Shown here: positions 1-9,439 of the stretch, in pieces | Layout: each line of letters starts with the position of its first letter | How positions within the stretch are numbered: the stretch's first letter is position 1 | From: an uncultured Gammaproteobacteria bacterium | Lineage (GTDB): Bacteria; Patescibacteriota; Microgenomatia; PFEM01; JAPLYW01 | Length of the DNA stretch: 64,000 bases | Assembly: GCA_965230945.1 (NCBI GenBank) | Contig: OZ246397.1 | Span: 304,749-368,748, forward strand | Direction of reading: 5' to 3' | Translations under genes and position numbers: made by a program | Notes under the pieces: generated by a model | The model's database searches: none | The model's input: the letters and a program-made list of their open reading frames with translations, nothing else | What the model was told of the DNA's origin: nothing

Positions 1-1089
1 TCACCAAGTCGGTAAAAATTCTTTGACGTTTTCTGGGGTTATTTGAAATCTAGTCCCACCCCTTTTAACTGATAAACTCTTTCCTTGAACAACCATCTTG
101 GCAATTTTACGACAAATACCATTAATAGTTCTCTCTAAAGTTCTTATTCCCGCATCATAGCCTAATGGCCTAACAATTTTTGACCAAACTTCAGATTGAA
201 TCTCAACAATATCTCTACTTAATCCCGCTTCTTGTAAAGCTCTTGGTAAAACATAATCTTTACCAATAACAATTTTTTCCTCGTCAGTATAAGAAGGCAT
301 CTGAATCGGTTCTAGTCTATCCATAACCGCCACGGAAATATTACTGATATTGTTACAAGTGGTAATAAACAAAACTTCAGAAAGATCAAAAGGATAATCA
401 ATAAAATGATCCCTAAAAGCATGATTCTGTTCTGGATCTAATAATTCCAACAAAACACCCATAATACTGGCTCGACCCTCATTGGTCACCCTATCAATTT
501 CGTCGAGAAGGATGACAGGATTTTTAATACCAACCCTTTTTAAAGACTTCATAATTAAGCCCGGCTCGGCATCAGAACGTAATCGAGACTGACCCCGAAG
601 ATCAAGAGGATCTCCCATACCGCCAAAAGGAATACGAGCAAACTTTCTTCCCATCGCTTCGGCAATAGAATAAGCAATAGTCGTCTTTCCTGTTCCTACC
701 AAACCAACAAAACAAAGAATTGGCGCTTTGGTAACTCCTAAATCTTTCTCATCTTCTCTTTTACTTTTTAATTTTAAAACAGCCATGTATTCCAAAATTC
801 TTTCTTTTATCTGTTTAAGACCATAATGATGAATGTCTAGAATCTTTTTCGCATTTTCTAAGTCCAAAATATCTTGGCTCCGCTTCTGCCAAGGTAAAGC
901 AGTAATCCAATCTATATAACGAACCGTTTTCCCATATTCTGTAGAATATTCGCCGTAACGAGCCATTCGTGAAAGACGCTCTACCATTAGAGAGACTTTA
1001 TCTTTTAACTCAGGTGGAAGGATCACAGAGGTAATCTTTTTTTCTAAATCAACAACTTCTTTTAAAAGGCGGGCAGGTTTATTAGGCAT
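1..1089 (-). CDS. lon: ATP-dependent protease Lon, partial. The C-terminal protease domain runs off the window start. The N-terminal LON domain is short.
   Basis: Walker A 'GLVGTGKTT', 'LLDEIDR', 'DPEQNHAF', 'LDRLEPI' align with the Lon AAA+ module. The ORF reaches the window edge. Confidence 0.85.
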   Translation of the reverse strand: MPNKPARLLKEVVDLEKKITSVILPPELKDKVSLMVERLSRMARYGEYSTEYGKTVRYIDWITALPWQKRSQDILDLENAKKILDIHHYGLKQIKERILEYMAVLKLKSKREDEKDLGVTKAPILCFVGLVGTGKTTIAYSIAEAMGRKFARIPFGGMGDPLDLRGQSRLRSDAEPGLIMKSLKRVGIKNPVILLDEIDRVTNEGRASIMGVLLELLDPEQNHAFRDHFIDYPFDLSEVLFITTCNNISNISVAVMDRLEPIQMPSYTDEEKIVIGKDYVLPRALQEAGLSRDIVEIQSEVWSKIVRPLGYDAGIRTLERTINGICRKIAKMVVQGKSLSVKRGGTRFQITPENVKEFLPTW

Positions 1090-1130
1090 TTCTAACTTAG
1101 ATTAACAAAAAAGAGGGGGTTAAAACAAGA

Positions 1131-3272
1131 CTAACGATATTTTCTACCCGAAAATTTCTTTTCCTTATGATGAGGTTTTTCCCCTTTACTAGATTCATCA
1201 AAAAGCATGGAAAGGTTAATTCTTCCCAAGTCGTCAATTTCAACAACTTTGACCTTCACCTTTTGACCTATCTTAACGATATCTTCTGGATTATCTACAT
1301 ATTCAGATGACATCTTAGAAACATGAACTAGACCATCTTTACCTGGTAAAAACTCAACAAAAGCCCCAAAAGGCTGAATTCTTCTAACAATTCCTTCATC
1401 AAAAACTTCACCCACTTTAACTTCCCTTACTAAACCCTTAATCCAGGTAATTGCCTTTTCTACTGCTTCTCTATCAGGAGCAGAAACATTAACTGTCCCA
1501 TCATCTTCAACATCAACCCCGGCACCAGTTTCGGCAATAATATTTTTAATGGTTCTACCGCCAGGACCAATTACATCTCCAATCTTTTCTGTCGGGATAT
1601 GCAAAACCTCAATCTTAGGCGCATATTTAGAAACCTGAGCCCTAGATTTAGGTAAAGCTTTTATCATTCTTTCTAAAATAAAAAATCTGCCCTCTTTGGC
1701 CTGTTTTAAAATCTCATCTACTACTAACAGGGTTAAGTCAGTAGTCTTGACATCCATCTGAATGGCAGTTATGCCTTCTTTTGTGCCGGTTACCTTAAAA
1801 TCCATATCTCCATTAAAATCTTCCAAACCCGTGATATCTGAAAGAATTACTCTCTTACCTCCCTTGCTAATCGTGCCCATAGCAATCCCAGAAACAGGAG
1901 CTTTAATAGGAACACCAGCATCCATTAAAGAAAGGGCTGAACCGCAAGTAGAAGCCATGGAAGTAGAACCATTAGAAGACATAATTTCGGAAACAACACA
2001 AATGGTGTAAGGAAATTTCTCTTCTGAAGGAAGAACAGGTTTTATAGCTCTTTCAGCTAAAGCTCCGTGGCCAATTTCTCTTCTCGAAGGAAAACCAACA
2101 CGACCAGTTTCACCTATGGAAAAAGGCGGCATATAATAATGATGAATATAACGCTTGCTTTCTTCCCCCTCCATGCTTTCAATTAGCTGCTCCAATGCGG
2201 AAGAACCTAATGTCGTCACCGTTAAAGCCTGGGTATTCCCTCGTTTAAACATGGCTGAACCATGAGTTCGCGGCAAAATACCAATCTCAATATCAATCGG
2301 CCTAATTTCATCTAATTTTCTCCCATCTGGTCGTTTTCCTTTTTCTAAAATCTGGTTTCTAATAAACTCTTTTATTAACTTATCAAAAATTTTACTAATC
2401 TTTTCTCTTTTTTGCTCATATTTCTCTGATAGGGCAATTTCCAACTCTTTACGCATAACGCCTGCATTCTCTTTACTAACAACTAAATCAACAATCTCTT
2501 TTAGTTTATCCTTAATCTCCTTCTTAACCTCAGCCATCAATTGAGAATCAATTTTATCAACTTCAAACTTTTGTTTTTTAAGACCAACTTCTTTCCGCAG
2601 GTCTTCAATTAGCTTGGTAACTTTGTTTATTCCCTTTTGGGCAAAATCAATCGCTTTTAGGATTGTTTCTTCAGGGATCTCCTTGGCCCCTCCTTCAAAC
2701 ATGATTAAAGCCCTATCAGTAGCTGAAACTATCAAATCTAACTCCGAATATTCTAAGTCTTGATAAGTAGGATTAACAACAAAAGCGTCATGACCATTTT
2801 TAGGCACAAAACCTACCCTTACTGAACCAACTGGCCCCTCCCAGGGAATATCAGAAATATGCAAGGCCGCTGAAGCAGCGCACAAGGCTGGGATGTCTGG
2901 ATCATTTTCCGCATCTACAGACAAAACCGTAATTGTCACTTGGACTTCTCCTTTGTAGTCTTCTGGGAAAAGAGGCCTAATAGAACGATCTATTAGCCTG
3001 GCTGTCAAAGTAGCTTCCTCAGAGGGACGGCCTTCTCTTTTTACCCAACGAGAACCCTTGATGCGACCGCCAGCATAAAGTCTTTCCACAAAATTAACCT
3101 GCAGGGGAAAATAGCCTAAATCTTCTTTAGGAGCAGAATCTACCACCGTAGCTAAAACCATGGTATCTCCGTAACGAGCCAAGACAGCACTGGCAGCCTG
3201 ACTAGCCAAACGACCAACTTCCAAAGTTAGTGTTTTACCACCAATTTCAACTGATTTTTCAACAATTTTCAT
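1131..3272 (-). CDS. pnp: polynucleotide phosphorylase (PNPase)
   Basis: 713 aa with two RNase PH-like domains plus KH and S1 at the C-terminus. Sits downstream of rpsO as in the canonical rpsO-pnp operon. Confidence 0.95.
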   Translation of the reverse strand: MKIVEKSVEIGGKTLTLEVGRLASQAASAVLARYGDTMVLATVVDSAPKEDLGYFPLQVNFVERLYAGGRIKGSRWVKREGRPSEEATLTARLIDRSIRPLFPEDYKGEVQVTITVLSVDAENDPDIPALCAASAALHISDIPWEGPVGSVRVGFVPKNGHDAFVVNPTYQDLEYSELDLIVSATDRALIMFEGGAKEIPEETILKAIDFAQKGINKVTKLIEDLRKEVGLKKQKFEVDKIDSQLMAEVKKEIKDKLKEIVDLVVSKENAGVMRKELEIALSEKYEQKREKISKIFDKLIKEFIRNQILEKGKRPDGRKLDEIRPIDIEIGILPRTHGSAMFKRGNTQALTVTTLGSSALEQLIESMEGEESKRYIHHYYMPPFSIGETGRVGFPSRREIGHGALAERAIKPVLPSEEKFPYTICVVSEIMSSNGSTSMASTCGSALSLMDAGVPIKAPVSGIAMGTISKGGKRVILSDITGLEDFNGDMDFKVTGTKEGITAIQMDVKTTDLTLLVVDEILKQAKEGRFFILERMIKALPKSRAQVSKYAPKIEVLHIPTEKIGDVIGPGGRTIKNIIAETGAGVDVEDDGTVNVSAPDREAVEKAITWIKGLVREVKVGEVFDEGIVRRIQPFGAFVEFLPGKDGLVHVSKMSSEYVDNPEDIVKIGQKVKVKVVEIDDLGRINLSMLFDESSKGEKPHHKEKKFSGRKYR

Positions 3273-3556
3273 TTATTTAAGCTTAATTCTCCTATCACTC
3301 TCTTGTATCTTACTTCGTCTTTCTTAAGAAGATAAGCTAGAAGCCTCCTCCGCTTAGAAACCATAGATAGTAACCCGCGCCGAGAATGGACATCCTTTTT
3401 ATGCTCCTTGAGATGATCTGTTAAATTCTTGACTTTGTGAGTTAAAAGAGCGATTTGGACTTCTGGAGAACCGGTATCACCCTTTGTCTGAGCAAACTTT
3501 TTGATAATCTTCTGTTTTTCATCTACACTTAAAGACATTGGCTGATATTCTAACAA
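3269..3556 (-). CDS. rpsO: 30S ribosomal protein S15
   Basis: 95 aa, S15-like '[14 protein letters not shown]...[16 protein letters not shown]...'. 4-bp overlap with pnp. Confidence 0.95.
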   Translation of the reverse strand: MLEYQPMSLSVDEKQKIIKKFAQTKGDTGSPEVQIALLTHKVKNLTDHLKEHKKDVHSRRGLLSMVSKRRRLLAYLLKKDEVRYKRVIGELSLNK

Positions 3557-4431
3557 AAAGAGGTCTAATTAACAAGAGGATGAAAGAGATAACTCTAAAA
3601 GCACCAGCAAAAATAAACCTGGGTCTTTCTATTTTAAAGAAACTTTCTCCTGGCTACCATGAAGTAAAATTTATTTTCCAGCAAGTTTCTCTGTTCGACC
3701 GTATCCATCTTAAAGAAATTAAAGAAGATAAAATCAAGATCTTCTGCAATGATAAAAAGGTCCCCCTAAACAAGATCAACACCGTCTATCAAGCAGCCTT
3801 ACTTGTTAAAAGGAAAATGAAAATTAAAAAAGGGATCGAAATTATAATTGATAAAAAAATCCCTGTGGCAGCTGGTTTAGGAGGCGGTAGCTCTGACGCC
3901 GCCCAAACATTGCTCGGTTTAAATAAAATCTGGAATTTAGGCCTTAATACGACTGACTTAATTAAATTAGGCCTTAAAATCGGTATGGATGTTTGTTATC
4001 AGCTTGTTGGGGGAACAAAACTAGCTACTCACTTAGGTGAAAAAATCAAACCCTTACCTAACCTACCTCAATTACATCTTGTTTTAACTAATCCCAACCA
4101 AGAAGTTTCTACTAGATGGGCTTATGAAAACGTTGATTATAGCCAAATTGGCAAAAAACAACTCAAGGAACTAACCAAAGCCATTAAGAAAAAAGATGTC
4201 AAGAAAATTGCTTTAAATCTTCACAACGACTTTGAATTTTGGGTTCCTAATTTTTATCCGGTTATCCTAAAAATCAAAGACAAAATGTTTTCCAACGGAG
4301 CTTTGGGAGCAATAATGAGCGGTTCAGGTCCAACTGTCTTTGGTGTTTTTAAAAACAAACCCACGGCCTTAAAGGCTTACACGGCTCTAAAAAAGGACTT
4401 TCCTAAAACCTACCTTGTCAAAACCCTTTAA
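3538..4431 (+). CDS. ispE: 4-diphosphocytidyl-2-C-methyl-D-erythritol kinase-like GHMP kinase. The real start is probably the internal Met near 3580.
   Basis: 'APAKINLGL' N-terminal motif and '[14 protein letters not shown]' GHMP ATP-binding motif. Confidence 0.75.
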   Translation: MADILTKRGLINKRMKEITLKAPAKINLGLSILKKLSPGYHEVKFIFQQVSLFDRIHLKEIKEDKIKIFCNDKKVPLNKINTVYQAALLVKRKMKIKKGIEIIIDKKIPVAAGLGGGSSDAAQTLLGLNKIWNLGLNTTDLIKLGLKIGMDVCYQLVGGTKLATHLGEKIKPLPNLPQLHLVLTNPNQEVSTRWAYENVDYSQIGKKQLKELTKAIKKKDVKKIALNLHNDFEFWVPNFYPVILKIKDKMFSNGALGAIMSGSGPTVFGVFKNKPTALKAYTALKKDFPKTYLVKTL

Positions 4432-5288
4432 ATACGAGTATTACCTTTGTAAATTTTAGGTTTTAGCCAATCAGAAGAGGGTTTTTCAGAAAAGCCGTGC
4501 TTTTTTGTTAAAATTTTCTTTTGCTTTGCCCTCTTTTCTTCGATAACAACTACCTCTCTTTGTATTTTTCGGCCACCAGACCGCAAACAGAAAGCTATGG
4601 CCTCAAAAGTAGTTGCCGTTGATTTATTCAAGGAAAAATTGGCGGTCGCCTGTCTGATACCTAGTAAAAGATTACCAGCAATGTCTTCATCAACAGGCAA
4701 TTTCAAAGAAGCCAAAAGCAAGGCTATAAATTCACCATAGGAAGCCATCTGAGAATTAACAAAATTAATCTTGCCAAATTGTTTATTGTCTGGATTAATA
4801 TCAAGATTAATAACCTTTCCTTTATCAAAAAGTTCTCTGTTCTCAAAATAAACTTTATCTAAGTCCTCCAAACTAGCGGCTCCGACAACAAAAACCGCTT
4901 CAGCTGCATTACCGGTATAGGAATAGATGATCTTCTCCGGAGAAAAAGCTGGGTAACCTTCTTTACTTTGAATAATTAAAGTAAATTTTTTATCTTCGGT
5001 ATTATACCTGACTTTTTCGATTGACTCATCAAGGTCAAAAGAGGCCATAAAATCTCTGCCAGTCATTTTTTCTTTAACCTTATCCACACCTACTAAAGAA
5101 GAAAAATCTACAATCATTGGTTGAGAACAAACAATAGAAACTTTTTTACCAGATTTTTGCAGGGAAAGAAAGAGAGATAGGGCGGCTGCCACCTTATCCT
5201 GATTTAAATTTTTTGGAAGAACAATAGCAAAACTTTGAGCAGAGGCTAAGGCTTCCTCAAGCGGAGTGAAATCATAAGAATCTTTCAT
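4428..5288 (-). CDS. DHH/DHHA1-like (NrnA-like) protein with degenerate catalytic motifs
   Basis: Sits in the slot downstream of infB where rbfA/nrnA usually lie. The N-terminal 'PKNLNQDKVAAALSL' resembles DHH motif I, but the Asp/His residues are replaced. C-terminal 'SGGR' sits where the DHHA1 GGGH motif would be. Confidence 0.4.
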   Translation of the reverse strand: MKDSYDFTPLEEALASAQSFAIVLPKNLNQDKVAAALSLFLSLQKSGKKVSIVCSQPMIVDFSSLVGVDKVKEKMTGRDFMASFDLDESIEKVRYNTEDKKFTLIIQSKEGYPAFSPEKIIYSYTGNAAEAVFVVGAASLEDLDKVYFENRELFDKGKVINLDINPDNKQFGKINFVNSQMASYGEFIALLLASLKLPVDEDIAGNLLLGIRQATANFSLNKSTATTFEAIAFCLRSGGRKIQREVVVIEEKRAKQKKILTKKHGFSEKPSSDWLKPKIYKGNTRI

Positions 5289-5290
5289 TT

Positions 5291-6802
5291 TCAGGCTTGA
5301 GATTTACGATAAGATACTAACACATCGCCAATTTCAAAGTCAAGCTGGGGAGAAAAAACAACTCCAAATTCTTCTCCCTGCTTTAGTAGGGTAGCTTCCT
5401 CTTTACCTTTTCTCATTGTCTTAATACGGACATCACCTAAAACTTCATCCTTTCTCAAGAGGTGAATTTTATCGTCCTTTTTAATTTGTCCCTCAAGTAC
5501 CTTACAACCAGCTACATTTTCTTTCATCTCAAAGCGAGCCAAAATTTCGGCTTTACCTAAAATTTCTTCATCAATGGTAGGTTCAAGAATTTTCAGGACC
5601 TTCTTCCCAACTTCTTCCAGCAATTCATAAATAACTTGAAAAGTGGAAACCTTGACCTTTTCTGCAACCGCTAATTTTTTAACTTGAGTAGGAACTTTAA
5701 CATTAAAAGCTATCACCTCTGCTGAACTACTAGCGGCTAATAAAACATCAGATTCATTAACCTCACCCACACCTGCTTTCAAAAGCTGACAATTTTCAGG
5801 CAGATTATTCTTAATTGCCTCCAGCGTTCCCAAGACATCAGCCTTAAGGATTAAGTTTAATCGTTCTTCTTCCTCTTGTTCTTTTTTTTCTTTGCTATCT
5901 GGTTTTTTTAAAGAAGTCTCTTTCTTTTCTAGCTTCTTTTTCTCAAAATTCTCCCTGCTTATTCTTTCTACTTTCTCACCCACTAGAGGAACTTTCTTAA
6001 AACCTAAGATTTCCACTGGCTGACTTACCAAGGCTTCTTTAACAGATTGGCCTCTATCATCAAATATGGCTTTGATTTTGCCGTAAACTCGACCTACTCT
6101 AATCTCATCACCAATTTCTAAACTACCATCACGAATTAAAACGGTGGCCAATGGCCCCCGGTGAGCATCTAATTTCGATTCTAAAACAACTGCTTTTAGT
6201 GGATTAGAGGCCTTGCCTTTAAGCTCCATCATCTCTCCTAAAAGAAGAATCATCTCCAAAAGGTCTTTTATCCCTTGGCCTGTTTTAGCGGAGACAGGTA
6301 CCAAAACAATCTTGCCCCCGTATTCTTCAATTGAAATACCATTTTCTGCAAGATTTTTCTTTGCTTGCTCAATTTTTACCTCAGGGAGATCAATTTTGTT
6401 TAAAGCCACTAAGTAGTTTAAACCTACTTCGTTAATATATTTTAAACTTTCTTTTGTTTGCGGTTTAACTCCATCATTGGCAGCAACTACCAAAATCGCT
6501 AAATCAGCAATTTTAGCTCCCCGAGATCTCATTTCATTAAAAGCAGCATGACCTGGGGTATCCACAAAGGTAATCTCCCTAGCCGGCTTATCTTTCTCTG
6601 TCCCCACTCTTACTTGATAGGCAACAATATGTTGAGTAATACCACCATGTTCTTTTCTGGCTAGATCAATTTCTTTAATTTTTGAAAGAAGAGTTGTTTT
6701 ACCGTGGTCAATATGACCCAGAATAACGACAACTGGAGCTCGACCCATTTTGCCTGAAGCAGATGAAGATTTTAAACCTTTTTTGGTTGTCGTTTTTTTC
6801 AT
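5291..6802 (-). CDS. infB: translation initiation factor IF-2, compact form
   Basis: G domain 'GHIDHGKTTLL', 'DTPGH', 'NKID'. 503 aa. Follows nusA. Confidence 0.95.
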   Translation of the reverse strand: MKKTTTKKGLKSSSASGKMGRAPVVVILGHIDHGKTTLLSKIKEIDLARKEHGGITQHIVAYQVRVGTEKDKPAREITFVDTPGHAAFNEMRSRGAKIADLAILVVAANDGVKPQTKESLKYINEVGLNYLVALNKIDLPEVKIEQAKKNLAENGISIEEYGGKIVLVPVSAKTGQGIKDLLEMILLLGEMMELKGKASNPLKAVVLESKLDAHRGPLATVLIRDGSLEIGDEIRVGRVYGKIKAIFDDRGQSVKEALVSQPVEILGFKKVPLVGEKVERISRENFEKKKLEKKETSLKKPDSKEKKEQEEEERLNLILKADVLGTLEAIKNNLPENCQLLKAGVGEVNESDVLLAASSSAEVIAFNVKVPTQVKKLAVAEKVKVSTFQVIYELLEEVGKKVLKILEPTIDEEILGKAEILARFEMKENVAGCKVLEGQIKKDDKIHLLRKDEVLGDVRIKTMRKGKEEATLLKQGEEFGVVFSPQLDFEIGDVLVSYRKSQA

Positions 6803-6839
6803 AATTTACTTTTACTTCCAATTGATAACTCATACCAAT

Positions 6840-7937
6840 TTACTCTTTTTTCTTAGAACTCTTATCGGTCTTTTTATCTTTTTTCTTCTTATCTTTACTC
6901 TTTTTTACCTTTTTTACCTTCTCTTTCTTTTCTTTTTTTAATTTGCTTTTCTTTCTTTCCTGCTTTTTCACGGCAGTTTTCTGTTCATTAATATCAATCT
7001 TATAACCAGTCAATCTTACTGCCAATCTCACATTTTGCCCTTCCTTACCAATGGCCAAAGAAAGCTGATCTTCAGGCAGGGAAACAATAGCGGTTTTACC
7101 TTTTTCATTCACCTTTACCTTAATATTCTCGGCCGGAGACAAAGCCGCTATAATAAATTTTTCTATATCTTCGCTGTATTGAATAACATCAATCTTTTCT
7201 CCACCAAGCTCATTAATTACTGCCTGAACTCTAACTCCTTTTTGGCCTACACAAGAACCAACAGGATCAACCCCAGCTTGAGTAGAAAAAACAGCTACCT
7301 TGGAACGATTGCCGGCTTCCCGAGAAATTTCTTTTATCTTAACCGCCCCAGAAGCTAATTCAGGCACTTCTCGCTTAAAGAGACCTTCTACCAGCTCTTT
7401 ATCTGCTCTGGAAACTATTACTTGCTGGCCTTTGCCAATTTCTTCAATGCCTTTAATATAAAAGGTAAGTCTTTGGCCAATGTTGTAATTTTCTGAAGAA
7501 ACCTGTTCGATTTTTGGCATAACGGCTTCGGTACGATCAACATCAACAATAATATTAGGACCATCAAAACGAATAATGCGACCATTAACCAGACTGCCAA
7601 TTCTCTTAGAGTACTCTTCTAAAACAGAAGATTTTTCTGCCTCTCTAATTTTTTGAATCAAAACCTGTTTAGCTACCTGAGCGGCAATGCGGCCAAAATC
7701 CGGCGGAGTAACTTCCTTTTTACCGTCTTTTAAGGAGAAGATGTGAGTTTCACCTGTTTCCTGATTAATCTCCACTTCATATTCTATCTCTTCTTCAGCA
7801 CCATAGTCACGACGATAGGCGGCCAATAAGGCCTCCTTAATAGAGTCGATGACTACCTCTACCTCAATACCATGTTCAGCACAAATCTGATTTAAGGCTG
7901 AGGCAAATTCGGTTCTTGCTTTTTTAATAGCTGCCAT
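6840..7937 (-). CDS. nusA: transcription termination/antitermination factor NusA with a lysine-rich C-terminal tail
   Basis: NusA N-terminal domain, S1 and two KH regions ('GAVKIKEISREAGNRSKVAV', 'GVDPVGSCVGQKGVRVQAV'). C-terminal K-rich tail. Confidence 0.95.
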   Translation of the reverse strand: MAAIKKARTEFASALNQICAEHGIEVEVVIDSIKEALLAAYRRDYGAEEEIEYEVEINQETGETHIFSLKDGKKEVTPPDFGRIAAQVAKQVLIQKIREAEKSSVLEEYSKRIGSLVNGRIIRFDGPNIIVDVDRTEAVMPKIEQVSSENYNIGQRLTFYIKGIEEIGKGQQVIVSRADKELVEGLFKREVPELASGAVKIKEISREAGNRSKVAVFSTQAGVDPVGSCVGQKGVRVQAVINELGGEKIDVIQYSEDIEKFIIAALSPAENIKVKVNEKGKTAIVSLPEDQLSLAIGKEGQNVRLAVRLTGYKIDINEQKTAVKKQERKKSKLKKEKKEKVKKVKKSKDKKKKDKKTDKSSKKKE

Positions 7938-7954
7938 TCTTTTCTTCCTTATCT

Positions 7955-7975
7955 AAAAAGGTGGGGATCCCCACC
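7955..7975 (-). terminator. Leader hairpin/attenuator candidate. A perfect 16-bp palindrome GGTGGGGATCCCCACC followed, on the minus strand, by TTTTT, about 20 nt upstream of the nusA start.
   Basis: Seen directly in the sequence. A sigma70-like promoter (minus strand -35 TTGACT at 8029-8034, -10 TAAAAT at 8006-8011) lies just upstream, which would put the hairpin in the nusA leader. Confidence 0.5.
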
Positions 7976-8005
7976 TCTAATAATTCACAAATCTAATCTA
8001 GAAGA

Positions 8006-8034
8006 ATTTTAGCAAGAAGGAGTAAAAAAGTCAA
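8006..8034 (-). promoter_or_regulatory. sigma70-like promoter candidate for nusA-infB (TTGACT-17-TAAAAT on the minus strand)
   Basis: Hexamers and spacing read off the sequence. No experimental support. Confidence 0.35.
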
Positions 8035-8088
8035 TCAAAATTAACCGAGTGATCTTTTTATTTTCCCCAAAACGAAAGTATATAATTT

Positions 8089-8122
8089 AGCTCCCCATCG
8101 TGGACGATGTTCGGACTAGTTT
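8089..8122. repeat. Copy A of a 34-bp direct repeat, agctccccatcgtggaCgatgttcggactagttt. It overlaps the stop codon of the HD-domain gene.
   Basis: Second copy at 9397-9436 with one mismatch (C/T). Both lie immediately 3' of minus-strand genes. Confidence 0.8.
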
Positions 8123-8694
8123 ATTTCTCGCTCTCTTTTAGCTAGTTCTTTGTTAAAAATGATTCTTGCTGTCTTTGTATAAAATTTATTTCCTTTCCTA
8201 ACATCATAATTCTCCTTAGGAGTTATCTCATACTGCCCTACATCTTCATAAAAAGGCTCCTTAAAGGTGTCAGATAAAGTATCTGCATCAATGAGCAATC
8301 TTTTGTTTAAATTTCGAGGATTTTTAAACTTATGAGCCAGCATGACACCAATTATTTCTTTTATTTTAGCCTTATCGTATTTAAGGCTACTCAAAATCTC
8401 TTTAGCGATTGGCGGACAATATTTTAGGTGTAATTCTAAGGCTTTCTTAGCCTTGGATCCTCTCATTATCTTTTGCAAGCTTAACGGAACTTTAGACCAA
8501 CCCGTATCATGTAAAATAGCCGCAGGTATCAAAATATCTTCATCGCCTCTTTCTTTTTTCAGCAACATCTCCATACTCTTAACCACCCATTTAGTATGCT
8601 TAACAAAATCTTTCTTTTTTCCTTTCTTTAAAAATAGGGTTGCTTTCCGAAGCATTTCAACATAAATTCTTTTCATATCTCCCAATTCTAACAT
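8116..8694 (-). CDS. HD-domain phosphohydrolase
   Basis: 'IPAAILHDTGW' HD motif. 192 aa. Confidence 0.8.
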   Translation of the reverse strand: MLELGDMKRIYVEMLRKATLFLKKGKKKDFVKHTKWVVKSMEMLLKKERGDEDILIPAAILHDTGWSKVPLSLQKIMRGSKAKKALELHLKYCPPIAKEILSSLKYDKAKIKEIIGVMLAHKFKNPRNLNKRLLIDADTLSDTFKEPFYEDVGQYEITPKENYDVRKGNKFYTKTARIIFNKELAKREREIN

Positions 8695-8702
8695 AGAAAA
8701 AC

Positions 8703-8725
8703 AAAAAAGCCGCCTTTAAGCAGCT
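8703..8725 (-). terminator. Rho-independent terminator candidate on the minus strand, downstream of the AAK-like gene
   Basis: agccgc-N6-gcagct stem, 5/6 bp paired, followed on the minus strand by a T-run. Shares the 20-mer aaaaaagccgcctttaagc with the groEL terminator. Confidence 0.45.
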
Positions 8726-8837
8726 CTCTTAAAAAAGAAGTCAAGAATTAATTAGGTTGACAAAGAAAACTTGTAATTTTTGCAAAGTCTTTCTCTACAA
8801 CCTGATTAATTAGATATCGTCCTTAGGCGACAATTGA

Positions 8838-9305
8838 TTAAGCTTTAAATTCCACCACTTGTACTTTTGGATAGGGCGCAAAGAATTTCTTTTTTTTGGC
8901 AGCTCTCTGGCAAGTGGTAACAATATATAAAACATCAAAGCCATGATAAGCGGCGAGTACAAACTGGTCGCCGTTGACATGACAAAGAACACTACCAATA
9001 TCAAGTACAGGAATAATAACAGTTACGTGTGTTCCTATCTCGTTTAAGCGATCTTGAATTTCTGCTTGATTCTTTTCCAATATATCGCGCGCTAACTGTC
9101 TTTCTTTGAAGCTACTTGCCTCGCGACCCAACGGTCCGAAATCATCCACGGGTAAATCTGCCTTCGTAAACGCTTCATTGATTTGTGTTCCTCCTCCGAC
9201 ACACACTACCACAAAATACCTTTGACTTAACTTTTTAATCCATTGGAGCACATCATTATTAAACATGTCGCCAGAAACCTTCACCAGACAATTTTTTCTT
9301 GACAT
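8838..9305 (-). CDS. truncated amino-acid-kinase (AAK) fold-like protein
   Basis: 'LVKVSGDMF' and 'VVVCVGGG' resemble the AAK N-terminal motifs, and the C-terminal 'VNGDQFVLAAYHGFDVLYIVT' resembles the AAK C-lobe. Only 155 aa, so the middle of the fold is missing. Local GC by hand count is about 44%, against about 35% in the flanks. Confidence 0.5.
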   Translation of the reverse strand: MSRKNCLVKVSGDMFNNDVLQWIKKLSQRYFVVVCVGGGTQINEAFTKADLPVDDFGPLGREASSFKERQLARDILEKNQAEIQDRLNEIGTHVTVIIPVLDIGSVLCHVNGDQFVLAAYHGFDVLYIVTTCQRAAKKKKFFAPYPKVQVVEFKA

Positions 9306-9396
9306 TATCTTTTTTCCTTTCTCTAGTGGTAGATTTATTTTAACATAATAAAAAAGCCTTAAAATAGGACCTTAGGAAGAAAAATCAGATGTCTGG

Positions 9397-9436
9397 AAGC
9401 TAGCTCCCCATCGTGGATGATGTTCGGACTAGTTTG
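9397..9436. repeat. Copy B of the 34-bp direct repeat, ending 3 nt before the stop codon of the HIT gene
   Basis: gctagctccccatcgtggaTgatgttcggactagtttgg. See copy A. Confidence 0.8.
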
Positions 9437-9439
9437 GCC

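Noticed and set aside
8089-9436. CRISPR array or integron attC sites for the 34-bp repeats
   Set aside because: Only two copies, 1.27 kb apart, with full genes between them. No cas genes. The repeat lacks the GTTRRRY core and the extended imperfect palindrome of attC sites.
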